From Pseudomonadota bacterium (GTDB lineage: Bacteria > Pseudomonadota > Alphaproteobacteria > TMED2), in the NCBI GenBank assembly GCA_039814445.1, contig JBCCBF010000001.1, positions 1 through 34,032 on the forward strand: a stretch of DNA of 34,032 nucleotides, given 5' to 3'. The translations under genes were made by a program, and so were the position numbers. How positions within the stretch are numbered: the first letter of the stretch is position 1; each line of letters starts with the position of its first letter. Below are positions 9,763 to 18,758 of this stretch, piece by piece. The notes under the pieces are model-generated. The model ran no database searches. It was given only the letters and a program-made list of their open reading frames with translations, and was not told the origin of the DNA.

Positions 9763-10788
9763 TTAAGCGCTGTCACCCTGATCAAGCCAATCATTGATCA
9801 GCTGGCGGGCAATGCTGTCTTCGCGTGGCAGGCTAAAGGGTGGTGGGTTGTCCAGGTCAAATTCATGCTGGTTATCCCGCAGCCACGCACGGTCATACCA
9901 ATTCACCTGGTCCATCTCATCGGGGTCGATGGTAATCGTGGTGCTGGCCGCATCGGCGTAAAAACCCAGCATAATAGAACCGGGAAAGGGCCAGGGTTGG
10001 GAGGAATGATAGCGGATATTGCGCACCTGCACCCCCGCCTCTTCCATCACCTCACGGGCCACCGCGTCTTCTAGGCTCTCGCCCGGTTCGACAAAGCCAG
10101 CCAGGGTGGAGAAAATACCCGGTGGCAAATTATGGCCCCGGCCAAGCAGACAGCGATCCCCATCGGTGACCAGCATAATCACCGCGGGGTCCGTGCGCGG
10201 GTGGTGAATGGTCGGCCCGTGTTCCGTGCAATCGGGATTGAGGCACGCCCGGATAAACCCGGCCTCACGCTGGGCTGTGGGGCTGCCACAGACACCACAG
10301 AATTTATGGCGCTGGTGCCAGGTGATCATGCCCCTGGCATAGGCCAATAAAGCCGCTTCACTCGCCCCCAAGGCAGGGCCGATCCGCCGCAGATCGACGA
10401 ACACACCGAGCTGATCAAGCGGCTCGAATGCTTTGGGATCCGCGATTTGCGACAAATCGATGGCAAAATACGTATAGGGTTCAAGCGGGCCTGGCCCATC
10501 GGGATCGGGGGATTCACCCAGCAGGATAGGCGCTGTGGCCGTGTATTCAGGCCACCAATCCACCTGCGGCGATATATAGACCGGCTTGGCCACCGACCGG
10601 TCATCGGGCGCTTGCCGCGCCACCAAATGCTTACCGCGCCAGACGGGGACAAACCGCGTGTTATCGGCATAAAGCCGCTTGGCGTAAAAATCGGGGTCAC
10701 GGCGGTGCATGGCCAGCCGATCCAGGTTCGGATGGCTGTACCAATTGGCGGCACGGCTCGGGGCTAAAAGCGGGTCAGCGGGGTTCAT
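9763..10788 (-). CDS. nudC: NAD(+) diphosphatase / NADH pyrophosphatase, Nudix family
   Basis: Nudix box GFVEPGESLEDAVAREVMEEAGV, preceded by a zinc-ribbon (CGVCGSPT...CLNPDC), which is the NudC layout. It converges on pheA with stop codons 2 nt apart. Confidence 0.8.
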   Translation of the reverse strand: MNPADPLLAPSRAANWYSHPNLDRLAMHRRDPDFYAKRLYADNTRFVPVWRGKHLVARQAPDDRSVAKPVYISPQVDWWPEYTATAPILLGESPDPDGPGPLEPYTYFAIDLSQIADPKAFEPLDQLGVFVDLRRIGPALGASEAALLAYARGMITWHQRHKFCGVCGSPTAQREAGFIRACLNPDCTEHGPTIHHPRTDPAVIMLVTDGDRCLLGRGHNLPPGIFSTLAGFVEPGESLEDAVAREVMEEAGVQVRNIRYHSSQPWPFPGSIMLGFYADAASTTITIDPDEMDQVNWYDRAWLRDNQHEFDLDNPPPFSLPREDSIARQLINDWLDQGDSA

Positions 10789-10880
10789 AAGCTTGGGCTT
10801 AGCAAAGCCTTACGCCCACGGCAAATATCCTGGTCGCAAAAATAACCACGGGGCTGCACAACTTTTTCCGGTGTTGCCCC

Positions 10881-10909
10881 TTGTTTTTCCGGCCTTGGTC
10901 GCTTCTATT
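10881..10909 (+). promoter_or_regulatory. Candidate sigma70-type promoter for the SRP RNA (TTGTTT-N17-TCTATT)
   Basis: TTGTTT at 10881-10886, a 17-nt spacer, and TCTATT at 10904-10909. This places a start about 7 nt downstream, at the first base of the SRP RNA terminal helix (about 10916). It is a pattern match only. Confidence 0.35.
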
Positions 10910-10913
10910 GATC

Positions 10914-11016
10914 CTTGGAAGGCTGGCGGCGGGCGGAACCCTCGCCAACCCGGTCAGGTCCGGAAGGAAGCAGCCGTAACGAGTTCGCTCCGGGTCGCCT
11001 GTTCAGCCTTCCACCT
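10914..11016 (+). ncRNA. ffs: Signal recognition particle RNA (small bacterial 4.5S type)
   Basis: GGTCAGGTCCGGAAGGAAGCAGCC (10952-10975) is the conserved helix-8 / domain IV core of bacterial SRP RNA. A terminal helix TGGAAGGCTG (10916-10925) / CAGCCTTCCA (11004-11013) closes a roughly 98-nt molecule. An intrinsic terminator follows. The ends are approximate to within a few nt. Confidence 0.9.
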
Positions 11017-11018
11017 TC

Positions 11019-11041
11019 ACGCGCCGCCTCTGGCGCGTTTT
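11019..11041 (+). terminator. Rho-independent terminator of ffs
   Basis: ACGCGCC (11019-11025) pairs with GGCGCGT (11032-11038), giving a 7-bp GC-rich stem with a 6-nt loop GCCTCT. It runs into TTTT (11038-11041). Confidence 0.7.
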
Positions 11042-11068
11042 CGTGTCACGATAACGGCCTTATCACCC

Positions 11069-13204
11069 ATGGACGCAAGTTTCCCCGGTCTCGATTTGCC
11101 GGACGATAAACAAAGCGGGAGTAACCCAGCGGGTTACCGGGTCCTGGCGCGAAAATACCGCCCTCAAAGCTTTGATGCCCTGATTGGCCAGGAAGCTTTG
11201 GTACGGACCCTGCGCAACGCCATTGCGTCTGGTCGCATTCACCATGGTTATATGCTCACCGGTGTCCGTGGGGTTGGTAAAACAACCACCGCACGGCTGA
11301 TCGCCCGGGCGCTCAATTACATCGGCCCCGATGGATCGGGTGAGGCGACCGTCGGGCCCACCGATGATTGCCCGGTTTGCCAAGCCATTGCCGAGGGTCG
11401 GCATGTGGATGTAATTGAAATGGATGCCGCCTCCAATACCGGTGTCGATGATATGCGTGAGGTGATCGACAGCGCCCGCTATGCACCCACCGAGGCCCGG
11501 TACAAAGTCTACATTATCGATGAAGTGCACATGCTGTCGAAAAGCGCGTTTAACGCGCTGCTCAAGACCCTCGAAGAACCACCGCCCAGCGTCATTTTTA
11601 TCTTTGCCACCACCGAGATCCGCAAAGTGCCCGTGACGGTCTTATCCCGCTGCATGCGGTTCGATTTGCGCCGGGTGCCCGCTGAGCTGTTGATCGATCA
11701 TTTCAAAGCCATCGCCGAGGCTGAAACAGTCGCGGTGGAGGATGAAGCCCTGGCCCTGGTCGCCCGGGCTGCTGATGGCTCGGTGCGCGATGGCTTAAGC
11801 CTGCTGGATCAAGCGATTGCCTTGGGCGATGGCAAGAATGTCAGCGTGGACGAAGTGCGCAGCATGCTGGGGCTCGCGGACCGGCAGTTGATCTTTGACC
11901 TCATGGACGCCGTGATCAGCGCCAAACCCGATGAGGCCTTGGCCACCTATGGCACCTTGCACAATGCTGGGGCCGAGGCGTTGACGGTTATCCAGGATAT
12001 GCTGGAACTGACCCATTTTATTACCCGCGTCTCCCTGGTGCCCACCGCGTCTAAAGGCGCAGACGTGCCCGAGGCCGAAGCGACGCGCGCAACTATGCTG
12101 GCTGAGCGTTTGGGGATGCCAGCCCTTACCCGGATTTGGCAAATTCTCATGGCCGGGCTGGGGGAGGTGCAACAAGCGCCGCAACCTCATATGGCGGCCG
12201 AGATGGTGATCTTACGCCTGTGCCACGCCGCGGGCCTGCCAGACCCCAGTGATTTGGTGAAAAAACTGAAAACCGAGCAAGGTGCCAATGCCGCGGCTAC
12301 TGCTGGGGCTGCGGGCACGCCCGGGGCTGGTGGCAGCGCCTCTGCGGGCTCATCCGCCCCGTCGGCCAACCAAAACCTGCCGCGTCCCGCCAACCAAACG
12401 AGTGCGCTACAACCAAGCGCGCCACCATCCGGCATTCCCCAAACGGGCACTCCCCAGACAGGCACCACACAGCCCAGCATGCCTAGTGTTGGCACCGGCC
12501 AATCGGCCGCTGGTGCGACGGCGGCCCTCGCCAGCCAACCCACCGCCATGCCTACCCTATCCCCGGCCCCAGCCGCGGTGGCGGCGATGGCACCGGCAAC
12601 GGCAAAACAGGCCGCCGCAAAGCCAGCCGCCGCGGTAGCAGCAAACCCAGCGCCGGAACCCGCACCGGAAACCACCCCCGTAGTGCCAAGCCCAGCCGCT
12701 GATCAAACCGCAGACCAGGCAACCGAACAGCACCAGGTGCCTGATTTCGAGGCGGCGCTCCATATCCTAGGCCAACAGGGCAGCCTGCTGGCGAAAGAAG
12801 AGCTTATCTTTGACGCACGCTTGGTCCGCTTTGACCAAGGGCATATCAAAATCCAAGACAATGCCGGGGTGAAACCCGAGCTTACCCACAAACTCGCCAA
12901 AGCCTTGCGCGAGGCGACCGGTGAGCCATGGATCGTGGAGTTGGTCGATGAGCCGGGCGCCCCACCGATCCGTGAACGCAAGCGTCAAGAGGCCCAGGCC
13001 GAACGCGATGAGGTGGCCCAACACCCAGTGGTGGCGGCTGTGCTCAGCTCCTTTCCCAAGGCCAATATCGTCGACATCAAGAACCTGAACCAACCGGCCT
13101 TGGACGGCATCCCCGTAGCAGAGAGCCTCAGCAGTGATGCCAGCGATGACGTACCGTTTGATCCCGAAGACCCCGGATTTGACGATGAGTTACACGATTT
13201 CTGA
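11069..13204 (+). CDS. dnaX: DNA polymerase III subunit tau (gamma/tau)
   Basis: From ATG 11069: MDASFPGLDL...YRVLARKYRPQSFDALIGQE. Walker A GVRGVGKTT, zinc module CPVCQAIAEG, Walker B IIDEVHML and sensor TVLSRCMRFDL are present. A roughly 150-aa Ala/Pro/Gln/Thr low-complexity linker and an acidic C-terminus follow. The ORF-track start at 10709 is rejected because it overlaps nudC and ffs. Confidence 0.9.
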   Translation: MDASFPGLDLPDDKQSGSNPAGYRVLARKYRPQSFDALIGQEALVRTLRNAIASGRIHHGYMLTGVRGVGKTTTARLIARALNYIGPDGSGEATVGPTDDCPVCQAIAEGRHVDVIEMDAASNTGVDDMREVIDSARYAPTEARYKVYIIDEVHMLSKSAFNALLKTLEEPPPSVIFIFATTEIRKVPVTVLSRCMRFDLRRVPAELLIDHFKAIAEAETVAVEDEALALVARAADGSVRDGLSLLDQAIALGDGKNVSVDEVRSMLGLADRQLIFDLMDAVISAKPDEALATYGTLHNAGAEALTVIQDMLELTHFITRVSLVPTASKGADVPEAEATRATMLAERLGMPALTRIWQILMAGLGEVQQAPQPHMAAEMVILRLCHAAGLPDPSDLVKKLKTEQGANAAATAGAAGTPGAGGSASAGSSAPSANQNLPRPANQTSALQPSAPPSGIPQTGTPQTGTTQPSMPSVGTGQSAAGATAALASQPTAMPTLSPAPAAVAAMAPATAKQAAAKPAAAVAANPAPEPAPETTPVVPSPAADQTADQATEQHQVPDFEAALHILGQQGSLLAKEELIFDARLVRFDQGHIKIQDNAGVKPELTHKLAKALREATGEPWIVELVDEPGAPPIRERKRQEAQAERDEVAQHPVVAAVLSSFPKANIVDIKNLNQPALDGIPVAESLSSDASDDVPFDPEDPGFDDELHDF

Positions 13205-13335
13205 TCCTGGCGTTCACCGGTTTTGATGACGCCTTGAGCGCTCATCACCGACGCCCTACATACCAACCACACATAAACGTCCAAGACGGTACAAACAGAC
13301 CGACGAACACAGACGAACACAAAGGCATAGACCCG

Positions 13336-13659
13336 ATGAAAAACTTGCAACAAATGATGAAACAGGCCCAGCAGGCCCAGGCCAAGATGGCCGCCATGCA
13401 GCAAGAAATGGAGCAAATGGAAGTGAGCGGCGAAAGCGGCGGCGGGGCGGTCAAAGTCGTGATGACAGGCAAGGGCGAGGCCCGGAAGATCGATATAGAT
13501 CCCTCCATCATCGACCCAGAAGACAAAGAGGTCTTGGAAGATTTATTGGTCGCGGCGATTAATCAGGCACGCGGTAAAGCCGAAACCGAAATGCAAACCC
13601 GCATGGCTGATTTTGCCAAGGAAATGGGCCTGCCGCCTGGTATGAACCTCCCGTTCTAA
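13336..13659 (+). CDS. ybaB: YbaB/EbfC family nucleoid-associated protein
   Basis: 108 aa from ATG 13336: [26 protein letters not shown]...[14 protein letters not shown]...[25 protein letters not shown]. It sits in the classic dnaX-ybaB-recR position. The upstream part of the tracked ORF (13234) has no family-like sequence. Confidence 0.85.
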   Translation: MKNLQQMMKQAQQAQAKMAAMQQEMEQMEVSGESGGGAVKVVMTGKGEARKIDIDPSIIDPEDKEVLEDLLVAAINQARGKAETEMQTRMADFAKEMGLPPGMNLPF

Positions 13660-13769
13660 GCATAGGTTGTAAGCATTTCCTAGCATTCGGGGCACATCAC
13701 GGGTCACCCCCGCCCCAGAGATCCCCCCTCACCAACCGCCCCTCACACATCACAGGCCACTGGGTTCAT

Positions 13770-14363
13770 ATGGCTGACGGCGCCTTACAAAACCTGATCC
13801 GGATGTTAAGCCGGCTACCGGGGCTGGGTCCACGCTCAGCCCGGCGGGTGGCCCTGGCCATGCTGCAAAAACGCGATAGCCTGATGCGCCCCTTGGGGCA
13901 GGCGATCTTAAACGCCGCGGATTCCATGCAAGTATGCAGCATCTGCGGCAACCTAGACACCACAGACCCATGTTCGATCTGTACCGATCCCCAACGGGAC
14001 AAGACGACGATCTGTGTCGTCGCCCAGGTCAGTGATTTATGGGCCATTGAACGTACCGGGGCGTTTAAAGGGCAATATGCCGTTCTGGGCGGTACCCTAT
14101 CGGCGCTCGATGGTATTGGCCCCGATGATTTGGGCATCCCCCGGCTGGTTGAGCGCGCGCATAATGGCAGTGTGAGCGAAGTGATCTTGGGCCTGAACGC
14201 CACGGTCGATGGCCAGACCACGGGGCATTACATCGCCGAACAATTGGCCGATGCGCCGGTGGCTATCAGCCGCCTGGCCCATGGTATCCCGGTGGGCGGT
14301 GAAATGGATTATTTAGACGATGGCACCTTGACCACCGCCCTTCGCGCCCGACGTCGTCAGTAA
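13770..14363 (+). CDS. recR: Recombination protein RecR
   Basis: Helix-hairpin-helix [18 protein letters not shown]4 zinc finger [16 protein letters not shown], and Toprim segment [17 protein letters not shown]. Confidence 0.9.
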   Translation: MADGALQNLIRMLSRLPGLGPRSARRVALAMLQKRDSLMRPLGQAILNAADSMQVCSICGNLDTTDPCSICTDPQRDKTTICVVAQVSDLWAIERTGAFKGQYAVLGGTLSALDGIGPDDLGIPRLVERAHNGSVSEVILGLNATVDGQTTGHYIAEQLADAPVAISRLAHGIPVGGEMDYLDDGTLTTALRARRRQ

Positions 14364-14415
14364 CAGCCATTGGCTGGTCGATGATGTTACGCCGACGATC
14401 AAGAAGGACAGAACC

Positions 14416-15117
14416 ATGCCTGATAAGGGTTTCGATCATATCCAGACCTGGGTCTTTGACCTGGATAACACGTTGTATTCCGCCCGTGATGGCGTGTTTG
14501 TCCAAGTGCATCAACGGATGGGTCAGTTCATCGCCGACCGCTTGGGCCTGACAGCCGATGAGGCCAAGACCATGCAGCGCGATTATTTCAAGCGTCACGG
14601 CACCACCTTGCGTGGTTTGATGGTTGAACAAGATGTGAACCCCCATGATTACCTGGATTATGTCCACGATATCGATCTGTCGGTGATCGATCAGGCACCC
14701 TGGCTCAACACGGCACTGGATGAATTGCCGGGGCGCAAGGTGATCTACACCAATGCAACGGCCCCTTATGCCACGCGGATCTTAGAGCGCCTGAGCATCG
14801 ACCATCACTTCCCAGAGATTTTTGATATTGTGGCGGCTGATTTTGAGCCCAAACCCGGGGACCGGGCCTTTGATCAGTTTCTGAGTGATCATGACGTTGC
14901 ACCCAACAGCGCGTGCATGGTCGAAGACATGGCGATCAACCTCAAACCAGCCTCGGCCCGTGGCATGACCACTGTCTGGCTGCGGGAGGATGACGAGAAC
15001 GCCCATCATCAACACCTGAAAACGGCAGGTGATCGTAATGATGGCGTACCCGCTTATGTGGACCATGTGATTGACGATTTGAACCACTGGCTGAAAACCC
15101 TAAACACCGCAAAATAA
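14416..15117 (+). CDS. HAD-superfamily hydrolase, pyrimidine 5-prime-nucleotidase-like (subfamily IA)
   Basis: HAD motif I WVFDLDNTLY, and a later ...CMVEDMAINL... acidic motif. Size (233 aa) and layout match the alphaproteobacterial pyrimidine 5-prime-nucleotidase family as I recall it. Confidence 0.65.
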   Translation: MPDKGFDHIQTWVFDLDNTLYSARDGVFVQVHQRMGQFIADRLGLTADEAKTMQRDYFKRHGTTLRGLMVEQDVNPHDYLDYVHDIDLSVIDQAPWLNTALDELPGRKVIYTNATAPYATRILERLSIDHHFPEIFDIVAADFEPKPGDRAFDQFLSDHDVAPNSACMVEDMAINLKPASARGMTTVWLREDDENAHHQHLKTAGDRNDGVPAYVDHVIDDLNHWLKTLNTAK

Positions 15118-15240
15118 ACGCATTACAAACCCGGTATTCACCGACGGCCAATTGACAGCCAGGCCCTGGCAGCACATGTTCCAGCCGTTCTTCATTCTCC
15201 TTTGCCTGAGAGACCCGCCTACCGCCGGTCCGCCATTGCC

Positions 15241-16098
15241 ATGAAACAGCTTCAAGCCACCATCGAAAGCGCGTGGGATCAACGCGACACCATTAACGCC
15301 CAGACCACCGGCAGCACCCGTCAAGCGGTGGAAGACGCCCTGGATGCCCTGGACCAGGGAACGATACGGGTGGCCGAACCCGTCACCAATGAGCCAGGCG
15401 GCAATTGGCAGGTCAATGAATGGGCCAAAAAAGCCGTGCTGTTATCATTCCGGCTGAACCCCACCACGGTGATTGATGGCGGCCCCGGTGGCGCGCCTTG
15501 GTTCGATAAGGTGCCGTCGAAATTCTCCGGCTGGGCACAAGAAGACTTCACAAAAGCAGGGTTTCGCGCCGTGCCCGGGGCCATTGTGCGCCACGGCTCA
15601 TACATCGCAAAAGATTCCGTGCTGATGCCAAGCTTCACCAATATCGGGGCCTATGTGGATTCTGCCGCCATGATCGATACTTGGGCCACCGTTGGGTCCT
15701 GTGCCCAGATCGGTAAGAATGTGCACCTATCCGGCGGAGCGGGCATTGGTGGTGTGTTAGAACCGCTGCAAGCCAACCCGGTAATCGTTGAGGATGACGC
15801 CTTTATCGGCGCGCGGTCCGAGGTGGTCGAAGGGGTCATCGTGGGCCGTGGGGCGGTGATCTCCATGGGCGTTTATTTGGGCGCCTCGACCAAAATCATC
15901 GATCGGGAAACCGGTGCCATCCATCGTGGCCGGATTCCGCCTTATTCGGTGGTAGTGCCCGGGTCCCTGCCTGGACGCCCCTTGCCCGATGGCAGCCCCG
16001 GCCCCGGTCTTTACTGTGCCGTCATCGTCAAAACCGTGGATGAACAAACCCGGTCGAAGGTAGCCATCAACGAGTTGTTGCGCGGTATTGAAAACTGA
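15241..16098 (+). CDS. dapD: 2,3,4,5-tetrahydropyridine-2,6-dicarboxylate N-succinyltransferase
   Basis: From ATG 15241 ([16 protein letters not shown]...). Left-handed beta-helix hexapeptide repeats are visible ([67 protein letters not shown]). The gene directly abuts dapE. The TTG at 15202 in the track is less likely. Confidence 0.85.
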   Translation: MKQLQATIESAWDQRDTINAQTTGSTRQAVEDALDALDQGTIRVAEPVTNEPGGNWQVNEWAKKAVLLSFRLNPTTVIDGGPGGAPWFDKVPSKFSGWAQEDFTKAGFRAVPGAIVRHGSYIAKDSVLMPSFTNIGAYVDSAAMIDTWATVGSCAQIGKNVHLSGGAGIGGVLEPLQANPVIVEDDAFIGARSEVVEGVIVGRGAVISMGVYLGASTKIIDRETGAIHRGRIPPYSVVVPGSLPGRPLPDGSPGPGLYCAVIVKTVDEQTRSKVAINELLRGIEN

Positions 16099-17264
16099 TG
16101 ACCGACCCGGCCATCGCCTATACCCAATCCTTGATCCGCTGCCGGTCCGTCACGCCAGCCGATGATGGTGCCTTGGCGATGGTTGAACGGGTTTTAGAGC
16201 CCTTGGGCTTTCGCCTGACCCGGATGGCGTTTGGTAAGGGAGATGAGCGGGTCGAGAACCTCTATGCCCGCCGCGGTGACCGTGACCAAGGCCCGGTTTT
16301 TTGTTTTGCCGGGCACACCGATGTGGTGCCCCCAGGCGACGAAGCCGCTTGGACCCATGATGCCTTTGCCGCCACGATCGATGATGATGGTGTGCTCTAT
16401 GGCCGTGGGGCCGTGGATATGAAGGGCAATATCGGCGGGTTCCTCGCCGCCCTTGAACGCGCGGTCGCTGATGGCACGGCGGATCAAGGCTCGATCTCCT
16501 TGATCATCACCGGCGATGAAGAAGGCCTGGGCGTAAACGGTACCTGTAAGGTGCTGGAATGGATGCAAGACCAGGGCGAAGGTTTTGATCTGTGCCTGGT
16601 GGGTGAGCCTACCAGCATCGAAACCCTGGGCGATGTGATGAAAATCGGCCGCCGTGGGTCCTTGACCGGGACCTTAACCGTGCAGGGCGTTCAGGGGCAT
16701 GTGGCCTATCCCCACCGGGCTGATAACCCCTTACATCCCTTAGTCAGACTGCTTAACACCTTAATCGAAGAGCCCCTGGATCAGGGCACCGAGCATTTCG
16801 AGCCGTCAACCTTGCAGCTCACCACCATCGATGTGGGCAACCCCACATCCAATGTTATTCCCGGCCAGGGCATGGCCGTGTTCAACAGCCGGTTTAATAA
16901 TCGCCACACGCCCGAGACACTCACCGCCGAAATACGCCGCCGGCTTGATACCGTAGGGGTGGCGTATGACCTGGATATCCGGGTATCCGCCAAGCCCTTC
17001 CTGACCGCCCCAGGCCCCTTGATCCAGGCGGCCCGCGAGGCGATTGAGCAGGTGACAGGTATCACGCCGGCCATGACCACCGGTGGCGGTACGTCCGACG
17101 CTCGTTTTGTGGCTGATTATGGCCCGGTTTTTGAGTTTGGTTTGGTGGGCGACACGATGCATCAGGTTGATGAACGGGTCCCAAGCGCCGATCTGCCCAA
17201 GATCGCCGATGCCTATCACGCTATTTTACAACAGTTTTTTGCCACCGCGGGAGGCAACCCATGA
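16098..17264 (+). CDS. dapE: Succinyl-diaminopimelate desuccinylase (M20 peptidase)
   Basis: Motifs GHTDVVP, GRGAVDMKG and ITGDEEG. A TGATG stop/start overlap with dapD lies at 16096-16100. Confidence 0.85.
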   Translation: MTDPAIAYTQSLIRCRSVTPADDGALAMVERVLEPLGFRLTRMAFGKGDERVENLYARRGDRDQGPVFCFAGHTDVVPPGDEAAWTHDAFAATIDDDGVLYGRGAVDMKGNIGGFLAALERAVADGTADQGSISLIITGDEEGLGVNGTCKVLEWMQDQGEGFDLCLVGEPTSIETLGDVMKIGRRGSLTGTLTVQGVQGHVAYPHRADNPLHPLVRLLNTLIEEPLDQGTEHFEPSTLQLTTIDVGNPTSNVIPGQGMAVFNSRFNNRHTPETLTAEIRRRLDTVGVAYDLDIRVSAKPFLTAPGPLIQAAREAIEQVTGITPAMTTGGGTSDARFVADYGPVFEFGLVGDTMHQVDERVPSADLPKIADAYHAILQQFFATAGGNP

Positions 17265-17938
17265 TTGGTATGACCGAAAGCCTGCGTGGCGCGTTGATGC
17301 TGGCGCGTTTTGATAAGCGCGGCCTAGGCGCGTTTGACGGCAGTACGGCTAATGCCCGCGCGTCCTTCCGGGTCGTGTGGCCGTTGTTAGGCTTCTACCT
17401 GATCATGGCGGTCATTCTGTTTTCCTTGATGGGCGGTGCGGGAGCGGAAACCAGCGTGGACACCACCATCGATGAGACGGGTGTTGCTGCTAGCGAAGGC
17501 GAACCGCTGAGCGACATGATGGCCCTGCAAGTGGCCGGCTTGTTGTTTTTGAGCCAAGTGATCGCCTGGCTGGGCCTGCTGGTGATGATGCACGCCATGT
17601 TGGTGAAGGGCGGCATGGGCCACCGGGCCCACACCGCCATAGCAGCCTATAATTGGACCTTGTTCTGGCGCAAAGCCTTAGAGGTCATGCCCCTGTTGAT
17701 GATAGCCATCGGAGTCGGTGCGGGCGGCGGTGCGCAATTCCTGCAATTTTGCGTAATGATTTATTCCATGGTGTTCTTGTTCTTCACCATGAAAACAGCG
17801 CTAGAAGGTCGCGGTTTTGATGCCGCGATTATCGTTTTCCTAGAAGTTATGCTGGCGTTAACGGTACCGTTGATGGCGTTTCAATCAGACCCGGCGGCGT
17901 TCCAAGCGGTGCTACAAGTGGGTCAAGCTAGCCAGTAA
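17261..17938 (+). CDS. Integral membrane protein of unknown function (paralog A)
   Basis: 225 aa with a cytoplasmic-looking N-terminus (SLRGALMLARFDKRGLGAFDGSTANARASFRVVWPLL) followed by several hydrophobic helices. An ATGA overlap with the dapE stop lies at 17261-17264. Confidence 0.6.
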   Translation: MIGMTESLRGALMLARFDKRGLGAFDGSTANARASFRVVWPLLGFYLIMAVILFSLMGGAGAETSVDTTIDETGVAASEGEPLSDMMALQVAGLLFLSQVIAWLGLLVMMHAMLVKGGMGHRAHTAIAAYNWTLFWRKALEVMPLLMIAIGVGAGGGAQFLQFCVMIYSMVFLFFTMKTALEGRGFDAAIIVFLEVMLALTVPLMAFQSDPAAFQAVLQVGQASQ

Positions 17939-18075
17939 CCCTGTGCCGTGCCTGGCTCGCGCCCAAGCCATACGCCGAGCAGGCTAAGCTGACCGGGGCT
18001 TACTGGGCCAACCGGGCTGATTGAGGCGACGAGCCGACAACCATCGGCGACCAGAGCAGGAGCGACAAGACCACC

Positions 18076-18714
18076 ATGCGCCGTGATATTGAGGCCAGAT
18101 CATCGCTTTTAGGCGCGTTACGCTTAGCTGGATTTCGCGCCGATGGGCTGGCGTTTTTTGATAACAGCCCCAGCCGCGCACGACGATCGTTCCGCCAGGT
18201 TATCCCATTGATGCTTATGGGCTTTATCGCCATGGCCATGCTGCGGCCTGTGAGTGTTACGGGCGCTGATGGGACGGCTGAGTATGTGATGGCCTTTACC
18301 GCCCTGGCCAGCGAGCGCGGCAGCAGTATGGGGTTTTGGATCGCCATGAATATGTTAGCGCAGATCCTAAAATGGGCGGCGTTTTTGGTCCTAGCTTTTG
18401 AGGTCATGCGGCTGATGGATCAGGCGAAATATTTCTACCGTTTTGTCCAAGTGTTCAACTGGATGCTGGTGGTGAGGATGATGGTGATCCTGGCGCCTTT
18501 GCTCTTGGTGGTCACCGGCATGATCTCATTGCCCGCAGGCCATAGCGCGGTGATCGCTGTCAGTTGGTTGGCCTTGGGTTATCAATGGTATGGCTACCGG
18601 GTTGCGTTAGCGATTCCAGGATCCCTGGCGTTAAGCTTGATCCTGATCGAAACCATCATGTCGGTGTTCATCAGCGGGATCGCCCTGGGCATGCTGAAAC
18701 AAGGGGTGGGTTGA
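18076..18714 (+). CDS. Integral membrane protein of unknown function (paralog B of 17261-17938)
   Basis: 212 aa. The N-terminus SLLGALRLAGFRADGLAFFDNSPSRARRSFRQVIPLM aligns with paralog A, and FNWMLVVRMMVILAPLL aligns with YNWTLFWRKALEVMPLL. The remainder is multi-TM. Confidence 0.6.
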   Translation: MRRDIEARSSLLGALRLAGFRADGLAFFDNSPSRARRSFRQVIPLMLMGFIAMAMLRPVSVTGADGTAEYVMAFTALASERGSSMGFWIAMNMLAQILKWAAFLVLAFEVMRLMDQAKYFYRFVQVFNWMLVVRMMVILAPLLLVVTGMISLPAGHSAVIAVSWLALGYQWYGYRVALAIPGSLALSLILIETIMSVFISGIALGMLKQGVG

Positions 18715-18758
18715 GCACACAGGGTAGGTTAAGGGCACAGGCTGGCTGACACGCTCAC

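Noticed and set aside
10709-11068. The 120-codon N-terminal extension of the dnaX ORF given by the six-frame track.
   Set aside because: It overlaps the 5-prime end of nudC on the opposite strand and runs straight through the SRP RNA gene and its terminator. The translated sequence has no DnaX-like features. The canonical N-terminus (YRVLARKYRPQSF...) follows ATG 11069.
12265-12486. An E. coli-style -1 programmed frameshift in dnaX at the A6 run.
   Set aside because: After a -1 slip the frame stays open for 73 sense codons of Cys/Arg/Gly-rich sequence before TAG at 12484-12486, not a prompt stop. The heptamer is G AAA AAA rather than A AAA AAG. Only the +1 or A-deletion route gives an immediate stop, and that is reported separately as a hypothesis.
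12187-12675. A 162-aa minus-strand Ala/Gly-rich ORF and a 118-aa +1 ORF over the dnaX linker.
   Set aside because: They are low-complexity shadows of the Ala/Pro/Gln-rich tau linker.
13302-13321. A tandem 10-mer GACGAACACA x2 in the CA-rich leader of ybaB.
   Set aside because: There are only two copies, no known motif matches, and it is plausibly chance in an A/C-rich untranslated region.
14364-14376. A perfect 13-nt palindrome CAGCCATTGGCTG immediately after the recR stop.
   Set aside because: It is too short, with an essentially loop-less hairpin and no T-run, to call a terminator. No second copy was seen in the window to suggest an operator family.
15152-15180. TTGACA-N17-CATGTT upstream of dapD, with an embedded 13-nt palindrome GCCAGGCCCTGGC (15158-15170).
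   Set aside because: The -35 is perfect but the -10 is poor. With no supporting data it is not distinguishable from chance, so it is not listed as a feature.
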